64,000 bases of DNA from Acidilobaceae archaeon (GTDB lineage: Archaea > Thermoproteota > Thermoprotei_A > Sulfolobales > Acidilobaceae): positions 608,001-672,000 of the forward strand of contig JAWAWX010000001.1 in the NCBI GenBank assembly GCA_038897215.1, given 5' to 3'. Numbering within the stretch: position 1 is the first letter of the stretch; each line of letters starts with the position of its first letter. Both the position numbers and the translations under genes were made by a program. The notes under the pieces are model-generated. The model did not search any database. It was given only the letters and a program-made list of their open reading frames with translations, and was not told the DNA's origin. Positions 56,865 through 64,000 of the stretch are shown piece by piece.

Positions 56865-59800
56865 AGAGTCTGTCAGCAAGGTTTTAGTGATAGGCTCGGG
56901 AGCCATAAAGATAGCTGAAGCAGCCGAGTTCGACTACAGCGGCTCTCAAGCCCTCAAAGCTCTCAAAGAAGAGGGGATTAAGAGTATTCTGATAAATCCT
57001 AACGTGGCGACAATCCAGACTAGCCACGAGCTAGCCGACAGAGTATATCTAATCCCCCTCACTCTAAAAGACGTCTCTAAGGTGATAGAAGCAGAGAGAC
57101 CAGATGGCATAATGGTAGGCTTCGGGGGGCAATCGGCTCTATCTCTAGGAGTAGCTCTCTACGACTCCGGGGTTCTCGAGAAGTATGGAGTCAAGGTTCT
57201 AGGGACTCCCATAGAGGGGATAAGGAGAGCTCTAGATAGAGAACTCTTCAAGAAAACAATGATAGAACACGGTCTCCCCGTGCCTCCCAGCAAGCCCGTG
57301 ACGACTCTAGAGGAGGCTCTAGAGGCGGGCGACGAGATAGGGTATCCTGTGATAGTTAGGGTTAGCTTCAACCTAGGCGGTAGAGGGTCGTTCATAGCCT
57401 GGAGTAGAGGAGAGCTCAGAGAGAAGATCTACAAAGCTATGGCTCACAGCGAGATCCGAAAGCTACTCGTAGAGAAGTATCTCCACCACTGGAAGGAGAT
57501 AGAGTATGAGGTCATGAGGGACAAAGTCGGGCAGAGCGTGGCCGTCGCGTGTTTAGAGAACGTGGACCCCATGGGGGTCCACACGGGAGACTCAATAGTA
57601 GTAGCTCCTTGCCAGACTCTAACCGATAGAGAGTACCAGCTTCTCAGAAAAGCCTCCATAGCGGTCGCTGACTCAATAGGCTTGATCGGAGAGTGCAACG
57701 TGCAGCTAGCTCTAGATCCCACATCTGAACTCTACTATATCATAGAGACAAATCCCAGAATGAGTAGAAGTAGCGCTCTAGCTAGCAAAGCCACAGGCTA
57801 CCCTCTAGCATACATTGCTGCCAAGCTAGCGCTAGGGTATACTCTAGACGAGCTTAAGAATAAGGTTACGGGGGTCACGACTGCTCTCTTCGAGCCCAGT
57901 CTCGACTACGTAGTCGTGAAGGTCCCCAGATGGGATCTCGAGAAGTTCGTGGGAGCAGAAAGAAGTCTGGGTAGCGAGATGATGAGTGTTGGCGAAGTCA
58001 TGGCTATAGGGAGGAATCTCCACGAGGCTTTCCAGAAAGCTATCAGAATGCTCGATATACGCGATGAACTCATAGGAGAATACTACGAGCAAGAAGAGCC
58101 TCTCGAAGCCGTCTTGGGAAGGCTGAGAAGGAGAGAGCCGTATACAATAATGCATATAGCTAAGGCTTTGAAGCTAGGAGCCACGGTAGAAGAGATATAT
58201 GAAGCTAGCGGGGTAGACAAGTACTTCATATATGTCATAGAGGATATAGTCAATGTAGCTGAAGCTCTTAAAAGAAACCCATCGAGAGAACTCGTCGAGA
58301 AAGCTAGGAGATTAGGGTTCACCTGCGAGCAAATCAAGAAGCTAGCCGGTAGAGACGTTGACTGTGAGAGGCCACGCGTTAAGCAGATAGATACTCTAGC
58401 TGGAGAGTGGCCTGCATCCACGAACTATCTCTACGTGAGTCACGATGCTAGCGAGGACGACGTCGAGCCAGCCTCCCACCCTAAAATCATGATCCTAGGT
58501 TCCGGGACGTTTAGAATAGGTGTTAGCGTAGAGTTCGACTGGGCTACAGTCAGCTTCCTAAAGGCGGCTAAGAGGAGAGGCTTCAAGGTGATAATGGTTA
58601 ACTACAACCCCGAAACAGTCTCTACAGACTGGGATGTTAGCGATAGACTATACTTCGAGGAGCTAGCTCTAGAGAGAGTCCTCGATATACATGATTTCGA
58701 GAAACCTGACTACGTTGTAGCCTTTGCAGGAGGCCAGATCCCAAACAATATAGCTAGGAAACTGGAGGAGAGAGGAGTTAAGCTTCTTGGGACGAGCGGG
58801 AGAAGCGTCGACATAGCTGAGGATAGAGCAAAGTTCTCCAAGCTACTCGATAAGCTCGGAATACGTCAACCAGAGTGGATAGAGGCTAAGAGTCTTGAGG
58901 AAGCTCTCAGATTCGCTGAAAGCGTCGGGTATCCCGTTATAGTAAGACCTAGCTACATCATAGGAGGCATGGCTGTGAGACTCGTTAAAGATAGAGACGA
59001 GCTAGAGTCATTCCTGAAACTTGCTAGAGACGTATCGAGAGAGCACCCTGTAGTAGTGTCTAAGTACATAGAGGGGATGGAGGTAGAGGTGGATGCTGTA
59101 TCAGACGCGTCTAGAGTTGTTGGAGTTCTCTCAGAGCACATCGAGCCAGCAGGTGTTCATAGTGGAGACGCTACACACGTAACTCCCCTCGTGAAGACTC
59201 CCCCAGAGTCAGCTAAGGAGATGAAGGAGATAGCCTTGAGTTTAGCCATAGAGCTCGGCATAAGAGGACCCTTCAACATACAATACGTAGTTGATGAGAA
59301 GAAGAGAGTCTACGTGATAGAGCTAAACCTAAGAGCAAGCAGGTCTATGCCCTTCGCCAGCAAGAGTAGAGGCGTAGACTTCATGGAACTCGCTGCTCAA
59401 GCAACACTAGATGGTAGCATAAAGCTAGGAGAGCCAGGAGAGTTCTACGAGATCCCAGCTAAGGCATACGCGGTTAAGACTCCCCAGTTCTCCTGGGCTC
59501 AGATTAGAGGAGCCTACCCGTTCCTCGGACCCGAGATGAGGTCTACCGGTGAAGTCGCGGCTCTCGACTCAGACTACCTCCTAGCTTTAATTAAGAGCTG
59601 GCTAGCAGCTAAGCCGAATAAAGTCCCATCGAGAGGAGCACTAGTGTACACGTACTCCAACGGCTCGAACACTCTTAACGTGACGGCTAAGATTCTCGAG
59701 AAGCTAGGAGTCAAAGTCTATACTCTAGAGGGCGCTCTCACGAGAGTAGGAGAGCCTATCACTAAGGAGGAGGCCCTAAAGCTAATCAGAGAGGGTAGCG

Positions 59801-60000
59801 TAGACCTGGTGGCCACATCGGGCTTCACTCCAGACCTCGACTACAAGATAAGAAGGCTTGCTGTAGACATGAATATACCCATAGTCCTAGACTCCACTCT
59901 AGCTCTAGAGCTAGCTCGAGCTATGGAGAGACTAGCGGTGAGGGGAGACTATGAGGTGAGAGAAGTCTCGGAGTACTGGGTCTTCACTAGGTCGCTCTAA
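56857..60000 (+). CDS. carB: Carbamoyl-phosphate synthase large subunit
   Basis: EFDYSG.QA, two ATP-grasp halves (GVHTGD; GVHSGD), EMRSTGEV. Confidence 0.97.
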   Translation: MPRESVSKVLVIGSGAIKIAEAAEFDYSGSQALKALKEEGIKSILINPNVATIQTSHELADRVYLIPLTLKDVSKVIEAERPDGIMVGFGGQSALSLGVALYDSGVLEKYGVKVLGTPIEGIRRALDRELFKKTMIEHGLPVPPSKPVTTLEEALEAGDEIGYPVIVRVSFNLGGRGSFIAWSRGELREKIYKAMAHSEIRKLLVEKYLHHWKEIEYEVMRDKVGQSVAVACLENVDPMGVHTGDSIVVAPCQTLTDREYQLLRKASIAVADSIGLIGECNVQLALDPTSELYYIIETNPRMSRSSALASKATGYPLAYIAAKLALGYTLDELKNKVTGVTTALFEPSLDYVVVKVPRWDLEKFVGAERSLGSEMMSVGEVMAIGRNLHEAFQKAIRMLDIRDELIGEYYEQEEPLEAVLGRLRRREPYTIMHIAKALKLGATVEEIYEASGVDKYFIYVIEDIVNVAEALKRNPSRELVEKARRLGFTCEQIKKLAGRDVDCERPRVKQIDTLAGEWPASTNYLYVSHDASEDDVEPASHPKIMILGSGTFRIGVSVEFDWATVSFLKAAKRRGFKVIMVNYNPETVSTDWDVSDRLYFEELALERVLDIHDFEKPDYVVAFAGGQIPNNIARKLEERGVKLLGTSGRSVDIAEDRAKFSKLLDKLGIRQPEWIEAKSLEEALRFAESVGYPVIVRPSYIIGGMAVRLVKDRDELESFLKLARDVSREHPVVVSKYIEGMEVEVDAVSDASRVVGVLSEHIEPAGVHSGDATHVTPLVKTPPESAKEMKEIALSLAIELGIRGPFNIQYVVDEKKRVYVIELNLRASRSMPFASKSRGVDFMELAAQATLDGSIKLGEPGEFYEIPAKAYAVKTPQFSWAQIRGAYPFLGPEMRSTGEVAALDSDYLLALIKSWLAAKPNKVPSRGALVYTYSNGSNTLNVTAKILEKLGVKVYTLEGALTRVGEPITKEEALKLIREGSVDLVATSGFTPDLDYKIRRLAVDMNIPIVLDSTLALELARAMERLAVRGDYEVREVSEYWVFTRSL

Positions 60001-60095
60001 GAGAGCACCACGTAGCATAAAGCCTGAGCGCGCCGAAAAAGCTCTCAGCTCGCTTATTAGCTCTCGAGAAGGCTTCGGCTTCTTATAGGCGATGA

Positions 60096-61328
60096 GTGTT
60101 GCCTAGAGTCTCAATGAGCTACAACACTCTGCTAGATGAGATCGAGGAGGCTCCGACAGTCTCTCTGCTCAGAATCGCTGAGGAGCTGAGGAGAAGCGGA
60201 GCAGACCCCATAATGCTTCTAGCAGGAGAGCCTGGTGTGCCCCCGCCTCTAGAAGTCAGAGAGATGCTTTGCGAAGCTCTCAGAGTAGAGTCGATGAGCC
60301 TCTACTCCTACACGCCGTCGGAGGGGGTGGCTGAGCTGAGGGAAGCCATAGCCTACGACTTGAAGGAGCTAGGGGGGATCGATGTCAAGCCCTCGCAGAT
60401 AGTTATCACAGCGGGAGGCCAGGGAGCGATGTTCTCTTCTCTAGCAGCGATCGCTAGAGAGGGGGACGAGGTCATCCTCGTAGACCCAACCTACTTCGGC
60501 TACAACGGGCTGATCAAGTTCTTCAAGCTTAGAGCTCGACGTATCATTGCTCCAGCCGAGAGAGGCTTCCAACCGGACCCGGAGGCCTTGAAGGAGGCGA
60601 TCAGCCCGGGTAGAACTAAAGCAGTCATCCTCGTCAGTCCAGACAACCCAACGGGCAGGCTTCTCGATAGAAGCGTTGCTAGAGCTATAGCGGAGATAGC
60701 TCAAGACTACGGGCTCTGGATTCTCTATGACGAGCCCTACAAGACTCTGGTCTACGAGGGCGAGCACGTCTACCTCTACGAGCTCGCTCCAGAGAACGTC
60801 CTAGCTCTCAACGCTTTCAGCAAAGACCCGGGCATTCCGGGCTGGAGGCTGGGCTACGTTTACGGGCCGGAGTGGCTGATGAAGAGAGTCGCTATAGCGT
60901 CAGAGGTCTCCGTCTACAACCCCCCCTCTATAGCGCAGGAGCTAGCGCTAAGGTATCTCAGGAATAGAGAGCTAAGGAGGAGGCACATAGAGAGAGTTAG
61001 AAGCATATACGTCGAGCGCAGAGATGTGATGCTTAGAGAGGCGAGCAAGCTTAGAGAAGCGCGGTTCATCAAGCCTGGTGGAGCCATGTTTCTCTTCGTA
61101 GACCTCTCAGCCTACCTGGAGAGAGCGGGCATGACTTCAGAGCAGCTAGCGGAGAAGCTACTAGTAGAGAAGCACGTAGCGACAGTCCCCGGTAGCTTCT
61201 TCGGAGAGTCTACCAGGAGATACCTGAGGCTAACGTTCACCACAGAGACCCCGGAGAGGATCAAGGAGGGGGTCGCGAGGCTCAGAGAGCTACTAGAGGA
61301 GTCCACGACTACCACTCAAAGATTCTGA
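60096..61328 (+). CDS. Class I/II PLP aminotransferase (aspartate aminotransferase-like)
   Basis: SPDNPTG, DEPY, FSKD.GIPGWRLG. Confidence 0.9.
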   Translation: MLPRVSMSYNTLLDEIEEAPTVSLLRIAEELRRSGADPIMLLAGEPGVPPPLEVREMLCEALRVESMSLYSYTPSEGVAELREAIAYDLKELGGIDVKPSQIVITAGGQGAMFSSLAAIAREGDEVILVDPTYFGYNGLIKFFKLRARRIIAPAERGFQPDPEALKEAISPGRTKAVILVSPDNPTGRLLDRSVARAIAEIAQDYGLWILYDEPYKTLVYEGEHVYLYELAPENVLALNAFSKDPGIPGWRLGYVYGPEWLMKRVAIASEVSVYNPPSIAQELALRYLRNRELRRRHIERVRSIYVERRDVMLREASKLREARFIKPGGAMFLFVDLSAYLERAGMTSEQLAEKLLVEKHVATVPGSFFGESTRRYLRLTFTTETPERIKEGVARLRELLEESTTTTQRF

Positions 61329-61404
61329 AATTATGTAATTACGAAAACTATATAGCACGTAGTAACTGACAGATACCCGGTAGTAGCCTCTAGCGTAGGA
61401 GGAG

Positions 61405-61431
61405 AGCATCCTCCACTTCGGAGGTGATGCT
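61405..61431 (+). promoter_or_regulatory. 5'-UTR hairpin sequestering the Shine-Dalgarno sequence
   Basis: AGCATCCTCC-ACTTC-GGAGGTGATGCT; the 3' arm holds the SD GGAGGTGA, 6 nt before an in-frame ATA at 61434. Confidence 0.5.
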
Positions 61432-61433
61432 TT

Positions 61434-62168
61434 ATAGGCAAGAGTAAAGCCTTCATAAGCTATGTTCTCTGGAAAGGGTCCTGTATGCTAGCCGAGGTGC
61501 TAAAAGAGTCTTGCGGAGGCAACCCCACGGCTATAGTAGCTAGAGTCCTCAGAATTAGAGATGGGGACCAGCATCTAGAAGCATGGCTTAGAGTCAGCTT
61601 CGACGACTGGAGCCTCTTCGATCACTTCGAGAGGTCTCTTTTCAAGAGGAAGGTTAAGAGCACGGTCGTGTACAGGGGGAAGAATAACGTAGTCCTATGG
61701 GCTAGGTACGCTTTAAGCACGTCGTGCAGAAGCTGCCTTCTGGTAAGCCCTCCCAGTAGATGCATGCTGAAGACCACGCTGGTGACGCCCGTAGGCGTAA
61801 TACACGAGATCCTCCACATGAACTCAAGCATAGCACACAACGGCCGCAAAGACACAATGGTCCTCATATCGGGTAGCATAAGGGAGATGATGAACTACAT
61901 GCTGACTCCTAGAGAGCAAGAAGTCATATACACAGCGTACTCAAAAGGCTACTACGAGTCTCCCAGAGAGACCACGCTACAAGAGCTAGCCAGAGAACTC
62001 AAGATCAGCGTCTCGACTCTAAACGAAGTTTTGAGAAGTGGAGAGAGGAAGATCATCGAGGCTTTCATAAAACACGACATGCCGCACTTAATGTTTAAAC
62101 GAATACTAGCGAAAGCATGGATTGAGATACCTCAAAGCTCTACTACTAGTAGCGCGAAGAGCGCGTAA
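61434..62168 (+). CDS. Bat/HTH_10 family regulator with Cys-rich N-terminal domain (NarO/DmsR-like); probable ATA start at 61434, tracked ATG at 61485
   Basis: LTPREQEVI..AY.KGYYE.PR..TL.ELA..L.IS.ST..E.LR.GE.K is the HTH_10 signature; Cys pattern C..C..CxxC-x8-C. Confidence 0.85.
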   Translation: MGKSKAFISYVLWKGSCMLAEVLKESCGGNPTAIVARVLRIRDGDQHLEAWLRVSFDDWSLFDHFERSLFKRKVKSTVVYRGKNNVVLWARYALSTSCRSCLLVSPPSRCMLKTTLVTPVGVIHEILHMNSSIAHNGRKDTMVLISGSIREMMNYMLTPREQEVIYTAYSKGYYESPRETTLQELARELKISVSTLNEVLRSGERKIIEAFIKHDMPHLMFKRILAKAWIEIPQSSTTSSAKSA

Positions 62169-62202
62169 GAGAGGCGCAACCTTCTGGAGAGCCCTAGAGA
62201 GC

Positions 62203-62252
62203 CCGAAAGGTTTCGGAACCAGCTATATATTTCTTTTTGAAAATAATTCAAA
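62203..62252 (+). promoter_or_regulatory. Promoter with two operators
   Basis: CCGAAAGGTTTCGG (62203-62216) upstream of TATATAT (62224-62230); TTTGAA-AATAA-TTCAAA (62236-62252) downstream of it. Confidence 0.65.
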
Positions 62253-62268
62253 TAATAGAATTGAGTAG

Positions 62269-63720
62269 GTGGTTCTAGTGAAGGATACCATAAGGCTAGG
62301 CATGAACCTGCCGCTCTTCGTCATAGGGACTCTAATCGTTGGATTGGGTTGCTTTATTGGCATTGTAGGCATATGGGGCTACATGGCTCAAGGAAAGGTT
62401 AGCCCTGAGTGGGTCAAGATAAGTCACGGCCATGTAGCTTGGTGGGGGGTCTTAATACTGATAGCGGCAACAGTCCTACCCGGGCTCAACGTGACCAGGT
62501 CATTTAAGAACCTTGCTGTCATAGTCTGCCTCGTCGCGCCCACAGTGTGGGGAGTCTCGTACTATCTCTACTACGCTAGGGGCGTCGACGCTTTCAAGTA
62601 CCTTCTACCTGTGAGCGAGCTAGCGTTAATGGCCGTCCTCCTAGCTATAGCGCTCCAGGCTTCGGGCTTCCAGCTACCTGGGATCACGGCGCACGAGGTC
62701 GAGAAGAGCCCCTACGAGATAGAGACGGGCATAGAGGTACCCAGGAAGATGTTCCTCGTGCCCACAGTCATCACAGTTCTAGGAGTTCTCGCAGGCTTCT
62801 ACATGACAGTATTCTTCAGAGCCGCGGAGAAGCCTATAGAGCCTGCCGCGCTAGTTCAGCTACACACTCATACAGTGTTGCTGGCAGCTAGCGCTGTGCT
62901 GATGCTTCTAGCGCTGAAGGTTCTCGGAGTCGACGAGGCTATCTTCGACTCAGCTCTGAGGATCTCACAGATAGCTCTACCTCTAGTCTTCCTAGGGCTC
63001 CTGGTCTTCATCCTATTCGGGACACACAGCATAGTCTGGGTTCTCCCTGCAGGCATATACTTCCTGCTACCTCTCGCTGTGTTCCTGGCTAGCATAGGGT
63101 TAATAGCAACGAAGCCAGTGGTGCCTTTCCACTCAGCTCTCAAAGCCTCTATGGCTTTCGCTCTAGCCGTGCTCTTGATACTCATCGCTACCGGCGCCTA
63201 CATAGCGCTCAGGTGGGACACGTCTCCCTACGTGACGGTAACGTTCAGGCAGCCAGAAGGGTGGCCTCACGTAGGCCCGTACTACGACCCTGCTAAGGGC
63301 TATCCGGGCACAGCCCCGGCCAGGAACACGCCTAGAGGGCTGGAGAACGCTCACTACAGTCCCGGAAGCTGGCTACACGTCGCTGTAGCGTGGCTGGTAT
63401 GCCTAGGGCTGCTCTCCGCAGGAGGAGTCTTCACAAACGTGCTGAACAAGCCAGGGCTCTTCTACCTCTTCGCGATCACCATCCCCCTAGCTCCATTCTT
63501 CAACGCGCTCGGAAGATACCTAGCCTGGTGGCCTGAGCTAGGCCCAGCGGCTCCAGCGCTTATGGTTACAGACCCCACGTTCACTGGCGCTCCGGGCGGC
63601 ATAGGAGCACTCTGGTACGCAGGCCACCCACTCAAGGCTTTCAACATATTGAGCCTAGCGATACTAGGCTTGGTAGTCATAAGCATCATAGCTCAAAAGA
63701 GAGCTAGCTCCGGCTCCTAG
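62269..63720 (+). CDS. Uncharacterised ~12-TM membrane protein with His motifs
   Basis: Hydrophobic helices; SHGH, LHTH and AHYSPGSWLH segments. Confidence 0.8.
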   Translation: MVLVKDTIRLGMNLPLFVIGTLIVGLGCFIGIVGIWGYMAQGKVSPEWVKISHGHVAWWGVLILIAATVLPGLNVTRSFKNLAVIVCLVAPTVWGVSYYLYYARGVDAFKYLLPVSELALMAVLLAIALQASGFQLPGITAHEVEKSPYEIETGIEVPRKMFLVPTVITVLGVLAGFYMTVFFRAAEKPIEPAALVQLHTHTVLLAASAVLMLLALKVLGVDEAIFDSALRISQIALPLVFLGLLVFILFGTHSIVWVLPAGIYFLLPLAVFLASIGLIATKPVVPFHSALKASMAFALAVLLILIATGAYIALRWDTSPYVTVTFRQPEGWPHVGPYYDPAKGYPGTAPARNTPRGLENAHYSPGSWLHVAVAWLVCLGLLSAGGVFTNVLNKPGLFYLFAITIPLAPFFNALGRYLAWWPELGPAAPALMVTDPTFTGAPGGIGALWYAGHPLKAFNILSLAILGLVVISIIAQKRASSGS

Positions 63721-63816
63721 CCTCCGAACTCTACCTATCCCCTCTTCTCCCCATTCCCCTCTTTGCTCTCTTGAAGGATAGCAGTTAGAGGAGGTAAGTG
63801 TGTTCGACCGCCCCCA

Positions 63817-64000
63817 CTAGGACTTAGCGCTTCTCGCCACATATCTGGCTATTGATGCTGCTATGTTGACTCCCGTGACTCTAGCTAGGGTTTTGAACTC
63901 GGGGACTACGTTTACTTCGTTGACTAGTAGTCCCCCCTCGCGAGCGTAGAGCATGTCCACTCCCGCTATCTCAGCCTTTACTGCTCTAGCTGCTCTTATC
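63817..64000 (-). CDS. LysX/ArgX/RimK-family ATP-grasp ligase, C-terminal part (5' end outside the window)
   Basis: Manual translation ...AEIAGVDMLYAREGGLLVNEVNVVPEFKTLARVTGVNIA...*; matches the GVD and EVN..PEF motifs. Confidence 0.85.
   Translation of the reverse strand, partial: IRAARAVKAEIAGVDMLYAREGGLLVNEVNVVPEFKTLARVTGVNIAASIARYVARSAKS

Noticed and set aside
61400-61431. Hairpin read as an IS200/IS605 end
   Set aside because: No tnpA/tnpB or second end; better explained as an SD-containing leader

Overview
A gene-dense chromosomal segment from a hyperthermophilic crenarchaeon of the Desulfurococcales/Acidilobales type. It looks Aeropyrum-like: catalytic-only ThrRS, Rpo8, WhiP, SmAP3, a Cren7-type protein and many TTG/GTG starts. 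Most of it is housekeeping: N-glycosylation (flippase, RpiB-like, AglB), NadM, aRF1, ArgF, the PAN-MBF1-HflX-Trm56-TFE-Dcm-E1 block, split archaeosine TGT, thermosome, enolase, GuaA, pyr and arg/car genes, tRNA-Arg(CCT), and a type IV pilus set (3 prepilins, TadA/TadC, a large adhesin). Five things stand out. (1) A candidate WhiP-type replication origin marked by seven copies of an 18-bp TT(A/T)AC-N6-(G/C)TT(A/T)A motif, five of them inside coding sequence. (2) A Cys-rich NarO/DmsR-like HTH_10 regulator with an ATA start and a hairpin-buried Shine-Dalgarno site; a CGAA-N4-TTCG box lies upstream of the next gene, an uncharacterised ~12-TM protein with three His motifs. (3) A secreted protein / membrane protein / wHTH module with a palindrome-rich promoter. 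(4) A GMP synthase whose glutaminase Cys is lost. (5) Several conserved genes that need non-canonical start codons, plus a box C/D sRNA candidate. No CRISPR array or transposase was seen. All product calls come from motif recognition by eye, with no database search.
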